Below, one piece after another: positions 52,813-62,244 of a stretch of DNA of 64,000 nucleotides (position 1 is its first letter; every line of letters begins with the position of its first letter). Source of the stretch: an uncultured Gemmataceae bacterium (GTDB lineage: Bacteria; Planctomycetota; Planctomycetia; Gemmatales; Gemmataceae). The translations under genes were made by a program, and so were the position numbers. Below the pieces are notes generated by a model. It was not told where the DNA came from, did no database searches, and saw only the letters and a list, made by a program, of their open reading frames with translations. Location of the stretch: contig CAVVPN010000003.1 in NCBI GenBank assembly GCA_963750165.1, positions 1,888,001-1,952,000 of the forward strand. Direction: 5' to 3'.

Positions 52813-53274
52813 ATGAAGACTACACTCATGGCAGTGGCGGCGGCGGCGCTGATCGCGTTCGTCGGTTGCAGCAGTGGCACCCCCGGTGGGCCGGGGGCCG
52901 ACAAGGAAAAGGACAAGAAATCGAGGGTGGAGCGGGCCGAGGACATCGTCAGGCAGGCCGAGGACACCTTCAGCCTGAGCGTCCCAACGTTCTCCGTCAA
53001 GATCAAGCAGGGCGAGTCCAAGGCGGTCACCGTCGGCATCAGCCGTGGGAAGAACTTCGGCGAGGACGTCGCGCTGAAGTTCGACGGCCTGCCCAACGGC
53101 GTGGCCATCGATCCCGCCAACACGGTGATCAAGCACGGCGACAAGGAGGCGAAACTGACCTTCAAGGCGGCGGACGACGCTGCGCTGGGTGACTTCACCG
53201 TCAAGGTCATCGGACACCCGGAGAAGGGCCCCGGCGCCACCAACGAGCTGAAGCTGACCGTGCAGAAGAAGTGA
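52813..53274 (+). CDS. Hypothetical lipoprotein (Ig-like)
   Basis: AGGAGG RBS; FVGC lipobox. Confidence 0.8.
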   Translation: MKTTLMAVAAAALIAFVGCSSGTPGGPGADKEKDKKSRVERAEDIVRQAEDTFSLSVPTFSVKIKQGESKAVTVGISRGKNFGEDVALKFDGLPNGVAIDPANTVIKHGDKEAKLTFKAADDAALGDFTVKVIGHPEKGPGATNELKLTVQKK

Positions 53275-53395
53275 CGTCGCGCTCAGTGGGCCGCACCCGC
53301 CGAACGGGTCGTCGGCCGAAGGACCCATGCAGGCGGCGACAGGCCGTGGCGTCCACGGCGGCCGCCGCTGTGTCTCAAACCATCGAAAGACGTGA

Positions 53396-53647
53396 TTGAT
53401 CTGTCACCTCTGGGGCGGCCAGCCGTTCCAGGTCCCCGACCAGAGCCGGAACAATTTGCTGTTTGGCGTCCTGGCGCTGGGGGAGGGGTGGCTCAACAAC
53501 CACCACGCTTTCCCGACCTCGGCCCGCCACGCCTTGCGCTGGTGGCAGGTAGACCCGAGCTACTACTTCATTTGTACCCTCGCCCTGCTGGGGCTCGCCT
53601 GGAAAGTCCGGCTGCCGGCGGCGGCTCCGATACCGCCCGGACCGTGA
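53396..53647 (+). pseudogene. Fatty acid desaturase C-terminal fragment
   Basis: SRNN..LALGEGWLNNHHAFPTSARH..WWQVD; N-terminus missing and first His of HNNHH lost. Confidence 0.75.
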
Positions 53648-53710
53648 TCCCGGAGGCTGAGGACAGGCCGCGCACTTGTCGCCTTTGTAATCTTTCTGGA
53701 GGGTTGAATC

Positions 53711-53886
53711 ATGACGATCGGTTTTGTTTACTGGTTGCTGATGATCCTGTGGCTGCTGTTCGGGCTCTACTGGAACCGCGGGGACATCCGGGGGGCAACT
53801 ACAGCATTCTGGGCGGCAACCTGCTGCTGTTCCTCCTGCTGTTCCTCCTGGGATGGAAGGTGTTCGGCTTTATCATCCAGGGGTGA
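53711..53886 (+). CDS. Small membrane protein (frameshift in G-run near 53792)
   Basis: MTIGFVYWLLMILWLLFGLYW joins GGNLLLFLLLFLLGWKVFGFIIQG* in another frame. Confidence 0.65.
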
Positions 53887-54075
53887 GACGGGGCCGTGAC
53901 GCCGTTTATTCGCCCACCCTGACTGGTCTGTTGCCCACCGGGGTGATGCTCTCCCCCCGGCAAGTGTGATTCCAAGCGGAGATAAAGCATGCTTGACCAC
54001 CAGCGGGGCGGGCTCGAGGGGAACGCCGATGGCCAGCGCCTGCCCTCCCCTGCGCCATCCGACCGCGAGGCGGTC

Positions 54076-55326
54076 ATGGCCTCCACCTCGCAGCCCCAGT
54101 CAGCAGGCGGGCACGCACCGTCCCTTTTCGGGCGGCTGGCCCGCCAGATCTTCCGAAGGGCCCGCGTCCCCTTGCGGGTGGTCCTGGGGAACGGCGAAGA
54201 AATCACCACCTTGCCCGGGCAGCCGATCGCCTGCGTGCGAATCCGGGACCGGTGGACCGTCCTGCAACTCCTTGCCGGTAATGACCTTGCCTTTGGCGAC
54301 GCCTACAGCGACGGGCGGATCGAGGTCGAAGGGGATCTCGTCCAGTTTCTCGTAGCGGTGTTCCGGAAGCAGGCGAGCGCGGGCCCGCATGGCAATCGGG
54401 GTTCCTGGCTACCGCCCTGGCTGGCCTGGCCGAGAGTCAACAGCCTGACGGGCTCGCGCGGCAACGTTTCCCACCACTACGACGTTGGCAACGACTTCTA
54501 TCGGCTCTGGCTGGACGATCAACTCGTCTACACCTGCGCCTACTTTCCAGACCCCGCACTGACACTGGAGGCGGCGCAGACTGCGAAGATGGACCATGTC
54601 TGCCGCAAGCTACAGCTGCGGCCGGGGCAAACGGTGATCGAGGCCGGCTGCGGCTGGGGGGCGCTGGCCCGGCACATGGCCCGGCACTATGGGGTGACGG
54701 TCAGGGCGTTCAACCTGTCCCACGAGCAGGTCGAGTACGCACGCGCACGGGCGAAGGCGGAAGGGCTGGACCGACAGGTGCAGTTCGTGGAAGACGACTA
54801 CCGGAATATCTCCGGTGAGTGCGACGCCTTCGTGTCCGTGGGGATGCTGGAACACGTCGGCGTCAGCTATTACCGCGACCTCGGGGGCGTCATCCACCGC
54901 TGTCTGAAGCCTAATGGCCTCGGCCTCATACACTCGATCGGCCGGAACTGGCTCTTCCCAACGAGTGCCTGGATAGAAAGGCGCATCTTCCCCGGCGCCT
55001 ACATACCCATCCTGCGCGAGATCATGGGGATCTTCGAGCCGTGGAACTTCTCCGTCCTGGACGTGGAAAACTTGCGCCTGCACTATGCCAGGACGCTCGC
55101 GCACTGGCTGGCGCGTTTCGACCAGGCGGTCGGCCGGGTCCGCGATATGTTCGATGATCGCTTCGTGCGGTCCTGGCGGCTGTACCTGGCCAGTTCCCTG
55201 GCCGCGTTCTCCACCGGGTGGAATCAGCTCTTTCAGATCCTGTTTGCCCACGCCGCGAACAACGACATCCCCTGGACGAGGGGGCACGTGTACGAACAAC
55301 CGTCAGGGAGCAGATCCGCATGTTGA
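54076..55326 (+). CDS. cfa: Cyclopropane-fatty-acyl-phospholipid synthase family methyltransferase
   Basis: HHYDVGNDFY..YTCAYF, EAGCGWG, SVGMLEHVG, IFPG, HYARTL. Alternative start at 53989. Confidence 0.9.
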   Translation: MASTSQPQSAGGHAPSLFGRLARQIFRRARVPLRVVLGNGEEITTLPGQPIACVRIRDRWTVLQLLAGNDLAFGDAYSDGRIEVEGDLVQFLVAVFRKQASAGPHGNRGSWLPPWLAWPRVNSLTGSRGNVSHHYDVGNDFYRLWLDDQLVYTCAYFPDPALTLEAAQTAKMDHVCRKLQLRPGQTVIEAGCGWGALARHMARHYGVTVRAFNLSHEQVEYARARAKAEGLDRQVQFVEDDYRNISGECDAFVSVGMLEHVGVSYYRDLGGVIHRCLKPNGLGLIHSIGRNWLFPTSAWIERRIFPGAYIPILREIMGIFEPWNFSVLDVENLRLHYARTLAHWLARFDQAVGRVRDMFDDRFVRSWRLYLASSLAAFSTGWNQLFQILFAHAANNDIPWTRGHVYEQPSGSRSAC

Positions 55327-56462
55327 GCTGTGACGTCCTGATCGTCGGGGGCGGGCCAGCCGGTTCTTCCTGTGCCTGGCACCTGGTGAAGGCTGGCCTC
55401 GACGTTCTCGTCCTGGACCGGAAGGCCTTTCCGCGCGACAAGCCCTGCGCCGGCTGGATCACGCCCGCGGTCTTCCACGAATTGGATATCGACCCGAACG
55501 AGTATCGCCAGCAGGGGCGCGTGCTGGAGCCGATCACGGCGTTTTGCACCAGCCTGATGGGCGGGGCCGAGGTGGAAACAGGCTATGGCAAGCCCATCAG
55601 CTTCGGGGTCCGTCGGTGCGAGTTCGACCATTACTTGCTGCGGCGTTCGGCAGCTCGCCTACAGCTGGCGGAGCCCCTGAAGACAATTGAGCGCTCGGGG
55701 GAAGGCTGGGTGGTCAACGGCCAGATCCAGGCCCGCCTGGTCGTCGGCGCCGGCGGCCATTTCTGCCCGGTCGCCCGCTTCCTCGGCGCCAGGGTCGGGC
55801 GAAACGAAACGGCGGTGAACGCGCAGGAGATCGAGGTCGAGCTGGACGCGGACCAGATGGCGGCGTGCCCCGTCAGGTCCGGCATCCCTTATCTGTACTT
55901 CTGCTCAGACCTGAAGGGATACGGGTGGTACTACCGCAAGGGGAACTACCTCAACGTCGGGCTGGGGCGGGAGGACGAGGATAGGCTCTCCGAGTACGTA
56001 CACACGTTCTGCGCCTGGCTGAAGGCGCAAGGCAAGGTCCCGCGCACCGTCCTGGAGAAGTTCAGCGGGCACGCCTACCTGCTGTATCCGCGAGCGGGGC
56101 GGCGGCGCCTGGTGGACGACGGCGTTCTGTTGATCGGCGACGCCGCGGGGATGGCCTACTCCCCGAGCGGGGAAGGCATCCGCCCCGCGGTCGAATCCGG
56201 GCTGCTGGCCGCCGACGTCATCCTCGAGGCGGCTGGCGACTATCGCCTAGCGCGGCTGGAGCCCTATCGAACACGCTTGACGGCCCGGTTTGGCAAGAGG
56301 CCCGCCAACGACTTGGCCTCCCGCATCCCGGAGTGGCTGAAGCGACTGATCGCGCGCCGACTGATGGCCTGGCGCTGGTTCTCGCGACACGTCCTGGTGG
56401 ATCGGTGGCTCTTGCACCTCCACGAGCCCCCGCTCGAGGCTGCCACTGCGGCGAGCCGGTGA
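55320..56462 (+). CDS. NAD(P)/FAD oxidoreductase, geranylgeranyl reductase family
   Basis: IVGGGPAGS..FPRDKPCAG, GYGW, IGDAAG..SGEGI; overlaps cfa. Confidence 0.9.
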   Translation: MLSCDVLIVGGGPAGSSCAWHLVKAGLDVLVLDRKAFPRDKPCAGWITPAVFHELDIDPNEYRQQGRVLEPITAFCTSLMGGAEVETGYGKPISFGVRRCEFDHYLLRRSAARLQLAEPLKTIERSGEGWVVNGQIQARLVVGAGGHFCPVARFLGARVGRNETAVNAQEIEVELDADQMAACPVRSGIPYLYFCSDLKGYGWYYRKGNYLNVGLGREDEDRLSEYVHTFCAWLKAQGKVPRTVLEKFSGHAYLLYPRAGRRRLVDDGVLLIGDAAGMAYSPSGEGIRPAVESGLLAADVILEAAGDYRLARLEPYRTRLTARFGKRPANDLASRIPEWLKRLIARRLMAWRWFSRHVLVDRWLLHLHEPPLEAATAASR

Positions 56463-56549
56463 AGCCCGAGTCTCTGCTGAACTCGCCGGGCCGCGCAGAT
56501 GCCACGTCACCACCGCCCGTTCCCCAACTGTGGGTGGGCAGAGCCGGAG

Positions 56550-57200
56550 TTAGCTGGACAGGGCAATCAGGGCCAAGGTGATGGTGCCGCCAATCACCGC
56601 ATAGCCGATGGTGGCCCGAACCCAGCCCTCCCTGCCGTGCAGACAACCGAGGTGAGCTTGCGCAACCAGGAGGTCCTGATCCTGCTTCTGGAGGGCGGCC
56701 TCCGCCTCACACGCCCTGGCGTATTCGGCGTCCGCACCGGGAAGGGGGCCTTTCTCAGCCAGTGCAGCAGCGGCCAGTTGCCGGACCAGCCTCACTCGTT
56801 CGGCTTTCAGCGTCCCACCCGAAGTCTTCGCAGCCCCGGCCCAGCGTATCTTCTCGTCCAGGGCGCTGATCTGCGCCCCAAGCTCGCCATCGTCAATCCC
56901 GCCGGTGTACATGCGCTGGCCGAGGGCCAGTTGGGCCATGGCGAAAGCCCGGCTCAATGAGCGCCTGCGCCACCGGCCCCTGGCGTGCGTCACGAATCGA
57001 ACCGGGTGCTCATAGGTCGCCCAGCACGTCTGTCGTATCTCCCGCAGGAGCCGTCTCCCCACGGAGTTCGCGAAGACCAGGGCCCGACCGCCCAGATGGG
57101 CAGGAAATCCAGACCCGGTGGCCCAGGAAGGTTCGGGTGAGACTTTCAGCTGGCCGCAGGCTGGGCTTCGTGCGGAATCGGCGGAGATAAAGTTTGACAT
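56550..57200 (-). CDS. Hypothetical protein with C-terminal transmembrane segment
   Basis: ORF in operon orientation; start uncertain. Confidence 0.5.
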   Translation of the reverse strand: MSNFISADSARSPACGQLKVSPEPSWATGSGFPAHLGGRALVFANSVGRRLLREIRQTCWATYEHPVRFVTHARGRWRRRSLSRAFAMAQLALGQRMYTGGIDDGELGAQISALDEKIRWAGAAKTSGGTLKAERVRLVRQLAAAALAEKGPLPGADAEYARACEAEAALQKQDQDLLVAQAHLGCLHGREGWVRATIGYAVIGGTITLALIALSS

Positions 57201-57236
57201 GGCGTCCTTCCAATCCCCTCCCCGACGGGGACTCAC

Positions 57237-57404
57237 TCACAGTTGTATAACTCGCAACAGGAACAGAACGAGGAGGATGACCAGGATCAACCCGAGGAGA
57301 CCGCCGCCGCCGGCGAGGATATTGTTGCCGCTGCGGTAGCCGTAGCCGCCGCCCAGCAGGACGAAGATCAAGATCACGACAAGGATCAGCACGATAGGAC
57401 TCAT
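57237..57404 (-). CDS. Small membrane protein (DUF3309-like)
   Basis: Own translation: MSPIVLILVVILIFVLLGGGYGYRSG..GGGGLLGLILVILLVLFLL; GGGAG RBS. Confidence 0.75.
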   Translation of the reverse strand: MSPIVLILVVILIFVLLGGGYGYRSGNNILAGGGGLLGLILVILLVLFLLRVIQL

Positions 57405-57490
57405 GGTTCACTCCCGGAGACCAAAGACCAGCTACAGATTCTCCATTCGCACGGAAGGGGGCCACCCTCCGGTTCGTCGGCCTCCCGCGC

Positions 57491-57709
57491 CTACTTCACC
57501 GCCCCAGGGAACCGAACTTCTTTCTCGAACCAGGCGATGGCCCCTTCCGCTTCCTTCTCTCCGTAGCCGTAGAGGCGTTGGAGGGAAACCCCCAGCTTGT
57601 CCCGGCGGCCATCAATCTCCTCCAGGTCCCTGTCCGTGAGCTTCGCCCAGTAGGTCTTGAGGAGCGAACTCGACCCCTTCCAGTCCAATTGCAGTTCTTC
57701 CCAATTCAT
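57491..57709 (-). CDS. CsbD/YjbJ-like general stress protein
   Basis: MNW..WK..WAKLTDRDL.EIDGRRDKL..LQRLYG..EAE. Confidence 0.85.
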   Translation of the reverse strand: MNWEELQLDWKGSSSLLKTYWAKLTDRDLEEIDGRRDKLGVSLQRLYGYGEKEAEGAIAWFEKEVRFPGAVK

Positions 57710-57807
57710 GGCACCCTCCGTCTCCTCACGCTTGGCGACCTAATCGCGGACAAGCCGTTCTTGGTCTGGCCGGCGCCGTTCTGGACCATCGCCGTCTGCA
57801 CCACGGG

Positions 57808-58152
57808 TCATTTGGCTTCGATTTTCTTGGGCTGGGTTTCCGCGCCACCTGCCTTGATGGCGACCTTCACGGCATCCTCCATCGGATCTTTGAACGGCAC
57901 CTCGATGCGGAGCAGGCCGTGCTCGTAGATCGCTTCGGCCTTGTCAGGTTTCACCGGCCAGGCCAAAGCCAGTGCAGAAACATACTCGACGTCCCTTGCA
58001 GGCGCCGTGAGGTGGATGCTGTCTGCCAGGGTCTTCACATCGATGGTATCCGTTGGCACTCCGGGGAGGGCGAACTCCACGACCAGCTTGCGGTTCTTCT
58101 CGTCAGCATACGCGACGGTATCGGGCGCAACCCTCATCCGATAGTCAGGCAT
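57808..58152 (-). CDS. Hsp20/alpha-crystallin small heat-shock protein
   Basis: EFALPGV..IDV..AEAIYEHGLLRIEVP; AAGGAGG RBS. Confidence 0.88.
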   Translation of the reverse strand: MPDYRMRVAPDTVAYADEKNRKLVVEFALPGVPTDTIDVKTLADSIHLTAPARDVEYVSALALAWPVKPDKAEAIYEHGLLRIEVPFKDPMEDAVKVAIKAGGAETQPKKIEAK

Positions 58153-58218
58153 CCTGGCAACCTCCTTCGTTAGGCATGGACCCCTGGAATGGTCTCTTGT
58201 TCTTCCGCCACCGAAAGC

Positions 58219-58326
58219 AAAAAAAGCCGGCGTGGTTGAGCACCTCGAGGGTACTCGACCACGCCGGCCTACTCTTCGACGAGCCCCCCGGTACAGCCGA
58301 GGTGCCCTTCATCTAGTCGTCCGACA
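58219..58326 (-). ncRNA. Structured leader/attenuator, copy 2 (upstream of Hsp20-CsbD)
   Basis: GTCGGACGACT..GAAGGGCACCTCGG..CCGGGGGGCTCG..GCCGGCGTGG..CCACGCCGGC-T7. Confidence 0.72.
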
Positions 58327-58442
58327 ATTCTTACTCTATGCGTCGCTTCACGAAAAGCAAGTAGAAAACTTGCCCGCTCCGGTATTTGCGTTTTTTCTTC
58401 CTTGTCCAGCATCGTTAGCGGTTGGGCCTTGGCCTTGATCCA

Positions 58443-59453
58443 TCATCGGGGCGCGGGGTGGAGGTCGGCGAACGTCGGGACTGGTGCGTCCACAGCGGTT
58501 ATCGTGGGCTGGATGAGACGGTGCGTCAGCGCCTTCTCGCCTGGCTTGCGCAGATGCCATACCAGCCCGAGGCAGCGCAGGCAAAGCAGCGTCATGTAAC
58601 TGATGTCGATCTCCCACCAGAAGAAGCCCTGGTTCGCGCTGCTCTGGTAGTGGTGGTGGTTGTTGTGCCAGCCCTCGCCCAGCGTGATCAGCGCCAGCCA
58701 GACGTTGTTGCGGCTGTCGTCGGGAGTGTCGTAGCGGCGCGAGCCGAAAAGGTGGCTGAGCGAGTTGATCGTGAAGGTGGCGTGGTAAACCAGGATGGTG
58801 CTGACCACGAAGCCCCACACCAGGCCGCTCCAACCGCCCACCAGCCAGCACAGCACCGCCAGACAGATGCCCGGTACCCAGTGGTTGCGGTCCAGCCAGC
58901 GCAGCTCGGGGTAACGGCTCCAATCCTGGATTTGCTCCCAGGGTGTCTCGGTGTGCTCGCCGGACAGAATCCAGCCGACATGAGACCACCAGAAGCTTGT
59001 CTCGTGGGGCGAGTGGGGGTCGGCGGGGGTATCGGAACGCCGGTGGTGCTCACGGTGGTGAGCCGCCCACCACAGCGGTCCCTTCTGAAGGGCCGAGCAG
59101 CCCAGCCAGGCCAGCACGAACTGGAAAACACGACTGGTCCGGTACGAGCGATGAGCAAAGTAGCGGTGGTAACCCGCCGTGATGCCGAACATGCGCAGGA
59201 AATAAGCAACCCCGCAGAGGATCAGCGCGGTCGCCTCCACGGGGACGAAGAACACCGATACCATGGCCAGGTGCAGGGCAATGAACGCAGCACACTTCGT
59301 CCAGTCGGGCAAGCGGAACAGCAATGGCCGGGCTTGCGGAAGTTGGCCCGCGACAGGCTGCCGGGAGGGCCGGGCGGACGTGTCGGCAGCACCGCCGATC
59401 ACGGGGGCAGAGTGGAACCCGGCAGGTGCTTGCGGGCAGCTCGTTTGACTCAT
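58443..59453 (-). CDS. Acyl-CoA/delta-9 fatty acid desaturase
   Basis: His boxes HRYFAH, HREHH and HNNHH. Confidence 0.92.
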   Translation of the reverse strand: MSQTSCPQAPAGFHSAPVIGGAADTSARPSRQPVAGQLPQARPLLFRLPDWTKCAAFIALHLAMVSVFFVPVEATALILCGVAYFLRMFGITAGYHRYFAHRSYRTSRVFQFVLAWLGCSALQKGPLWWAAHHREHHRRSDTPADPHSPHETSFWWSHVGWILSGEHTETPWEQIQDWSRYPELRWLDRNHWVPGICLAVLCWLVGGWSGLVWGFVVSTILVYHATFTINSLSHLFGSRRYDTPDDSRNNVWLALITLGEGWHNNHHHYQSSANQGFFWWEIDISYMTLLCLRCLGLVWHLRKPGEKALTHRLIQPTITAVDAPVPTFADLHPAPR

Positions 59454-59539
59454 GACCTTCTTTCCCAAGAGTCGGACCGACACCTACCATGGGTGTCTCG
59501 ATTTTCATCAAGTAACACATATTCACCGTAAGCCGTGCG

Positions 59540-59923
59540 TCATCTCTTCACGGCTTCGAGGGCCTTCTCTCTGGTCGGGTGGATGGGCCAGACGCAGTCG
59601 AGGCCGGTGGCATGCAGCATGCCGCTGGCATCGCGAGAGACGTTGCAGAGGACCATCCGCCCGTCACGATCTCGGGCCTTCTTCCACAGGCGAAGAAACA
59701 GGCCCAGAGCCGTGCCGCCGAAGTTTCTCGCCCTATGAAGGTCTACGACAATGTTATGCGCTCGCACGTCGTTTAGCAGGCCCCGTGCCACGTCGTCCGC
59801 CCAGGCCTGGCTCTCTTGACAGTCCAGCTTTGGCAATGCCCCCAGCGGAGTCATGATGACCGTCTCGCCCTCACGCTCCACCTCGAAGCTTCGCGTCGCC
59901 GTCCTCGCGTCTGTCCCGCTCAT
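59540..59923 (-). CDS. STAS domain protein (anti-sigma factor antagonist)
   Basis: IVVDL..FGGTALG.F..LWK..GRMVLCNVS..TGLD.VWPI..TREKAL. Confidence 0.85.
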   Translation of the reverse strand: MSGTDARTATRSFEVEREGETVIMTPLGALPKLDCQESQAWADDVARGLLNDVRAHNIVVDLHRARNFGGTALGLFLRLWKKARDRDGRMVLCNVSRDASGMLHATGLDCVWPIHPTREKALEAVKR

Positions 59924-59976
59924 GTCGTAAACCTCATGCCTGCTCTGCCCACCCGGCTTCTCGGGCAGCGTTTTAG

Positions 59977-59991
59977 GCAAGTGCCGTGCCA
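59977..59991 (-). promoter_or_regulatory. Sigma54 promoter
   Basis: TGGCACGGCACTTGC, a perfect TGGCAC-N5-TTGC match. Confidence 0.75.
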
Positions 59992-60225
59992 GCGGTGGAT
60001 CGCGAGGCGAAGGAAGTGGTTTCTGCCGGGTTTGTTTGAAGCAACGGGTTTTCCGTAAAGCCTGGCAGTGTGCTTCCATCGCATATTCCGGCGAGCCAGT
60101 GTGCCACTGCCGCACAGTTCCCTCTCGGCTCCAGGTATTCGCCCTGTCCGCGTACGAGATCGGCCGCATGTAAACCGGAGGTCTCCTCGCGGCCCGAAGC
60201 AATCGCTTCGTTGGTCGGTATGCTT

Positions 60226-60295
60226 CGGCATGACAAATGCTCCTGTGATCGTGCGAGGAGGAGTGAAATGATCGGATGAATCCAGGATGGGCAAC
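60226..60295 (+). promoter_or_regulatory. Sigma54 promoter plus 5' part of the leader motif
   Basis: CGGCATGACAAATGC, then TCGGATGAATCCAGGATGGGCAAC 32 nt after the -12 GC (same spacing as copy 1). Confidence 0.6.
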
Positions 60296-60366
60296 TCGTG
60301 AGTCCGCTGCTCGCGTTCGGTAGTGGAGTTCCACGGCGAGTCACGCAGAGCTAGGGGGGATTTCCC

Positions 60367-60651
60367 ATGACTACCTTGGTAGAGAGCATCCATCATCCAG
60401 GCGGCCTCGTCTCCTGGCTGATCGTTGGTGTCGTTGCCGGCCTCCTTGTGGGCTTCTTGATGAAAGGCGCCCATGGCATCATCGGCGACCTCGTCGTGGG
60501 CGTGTTCGGGGCCGTGATCGGCGGGTTCCTGTATGGGCTCTTCACCGCCGGCACCACCGGCTTCTGGGGCAGTATCGTCGTGGCCTTCCTCGGCGCCTGC
60601 ATCCTCATCGGTGTCGAACGGGCCGTGTCTCGAGCACGGGACAGGCTCTGA
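60367..60651 (+). CDS. GlsB/YeaQ/YmgE stress membrane protein
   Basis: WLIVGVVAG..GIIGDLVVGVFGAVIGG..SIVVAFLGA. Confidence 0.9.
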   Translation: MTTLVESIHHPGGLVSWLIVGVVAGLLVGFLMKGAHGIIGDLVVGVFGAVIGGFLYGLFTAGTTGFWGSIVVAFLGACILIGVERAVSRARDRL

Positions 60652-60702
60652 CACGCAGCGGGCCCCCGCCAGCGTGGCTACAGAGCGACGGAGGACAAGG
60701 CC

Positions 60703-61364
60703 ATGTCTCAATTGATTAGCCAGAAGATCAATCCGCCCGCGGACTCGCCCGTGGCCGCACCGACCGCGGCCTCGCCATTGGGTGAAGAAGCCACGCCCTG
60801 TCCTGCCAAACAACCCCAGGGGCTTCCCACCCCTCCGCCATCGGCATTCGTGCTCATCATGGTGTTCTGGATGCTTCTGGGAGGAGCCGCCGGGATCAAG
60901 ATCATGCAGAGCATCTGGCACATCCTGGGTGTTGATATCGGGTCGGTGGCCATCGCAGTCCCGGTCGGAGGCGTAGTCGGAGCACTGGCCGGAGGGCTCC
61001 TGGGCCTGATCAGTAACCCGCGCTGGCTCGTGCTCCTGATGGCAGTGTTCGCCGGCTCGGCAGCCGGAGGGGTCGCGGGACAGGTTCCGTGGGGGGCGAT
61101 CGGGCAAATCGGGGGTCAAGTTGCCGGCGGGGTGGTTGGCGTGATTGTCTGGGCTACCTGGCTGTTTTTCGGGCGCGGGAAGGATTCAACGGCGGAACCC
61201 GTGCGCAGCACGACAGCCGTCGGCGGCCATCCAGGTCCCGCCGCTTCTCGACCCCCTCAGAGCGTGCCCAAGGAGGTGGATGATGGTGATCCGAGAGATG
61301 AGCACGGAAGAGTGCCTCCGGGTGCTGGCCGGAGCGAGGTTGGCCAGGCTGGGTTGCGCCATGA
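60703..61364 (+). CDS. Gly-rich membrane protein (end uncertain)
   Basis: About four transmembrane segments. It would stop at TGA 61362 if the indel near 61360 is corrected. Confidence 0.6.
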
Positions 61365-61929
61365 GAATCAACCGTACGTCGTCCCCGTCACCCTCGCCTA
61401 CGATGAAGTGTCCCGGTGTCTCTACGGCTTCACGACCCCTGGCCAGAAGATCGAGTGGATGCGGGCCAACCCTCTGGTCTGCGTCGAGGTGGACGAGGTC
61501 GCGGCCGACGACCAGTGGGTAAGCGTCATCGCTTTTGGCCGCTACGAGGAGGTGCCGGAGGGCCCAGAGAGCGATGGCGGACGGCTCCCGGCCCTGGAGC
61601 TTCCGCGGCGGTTCGCCGAAGCCCCGTCTGCCTGGTCCGCCGACAGCCACCAGCGCCAGTGCGATGACGAGCGGGAACGGGCATGGCAGGTCCTCCAGAC
61701 CCACCCTATGTGGTGGCAGCCGGCCAGCTCGGTCTGGGCAGCTCGCGCCCACCGCGACCCGGCCGAGCCGTTCCATTCTGTCTACTACAAGATCCGGATC
61801 GACCGGGTCACAGGTCGTGAGGCGACGCTGGACGCCAGGGATGCGATCGCTCACGCCGTGCCAGGCCCGCATATTGAGAGATGGGGCCGGTTGCGCTGGA
61901 CAACAACGAGAGTGCTCGGCGGCAAGTGA
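61283..61929 (+). CDS. Pyridoxamine 5'-phosphate oxidase-like FMN-binding protein (frameshift near 61360)
   Basis: AAGGAGG RBS; MVIREMSTEECLRVL..RLGCA joins HENQPYVVP..GQKIEWMRANPLVC..WVSVIAFGRYEE. Confidence 0.82.
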
Positions 61930-62087
61930 AAGGAGACTCGCTCGGCCGCGCGTGTGCGTTTTCGCCCATCATCGTTGGCCGTTCCTGGTCGGCGCAAGTC
62001 TGTCCTATGGGTATGCGCCAGGGACGGTATCACGTCAGTCTCGACAGAAGAAGGGCTTCCAGCATTCCTCCTGATTTGTTCGCCATG

Positions 62088-62102
62088 CGGCATGAAAAGT
62101 GC
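62088..62102 (+). promoter_or_regulatory. Sigma54 promoter
   Basis: CGGCATGAAAAGTGC (GG-N10-GC). Confidence 0.62.
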
Positions 62103-62244
62103 GAAGAATCATGACGGCATCGAAGGAACGATGGGACCATGAATCGGAGTAGGAGTTGTAGCCAGGGCCCCCGAGCGGTACGATGAAGCAAGCGACGGAC
62201 CGCCGATGAACATTGGGCCCGCCTTGACAACCAGGTGAATCGCA

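Noticed and set aside
8060..61362. Programmed frameshifting or mass pseudogenisation (sites near 8065, 16080, 16740, 17225, 25855, 31130, 53792, 61360)
   Set aside because: Scattered single-base indels, often in G/C runs, in otherwise intact genes fit long-read error; read-level checking is needed.
60703..61929. Membrane protein-PNPOx fusion
   Set aside because: The PNPOx N-terminus with a strong RBS is in another frame, and one indel explains the apparent fusion.
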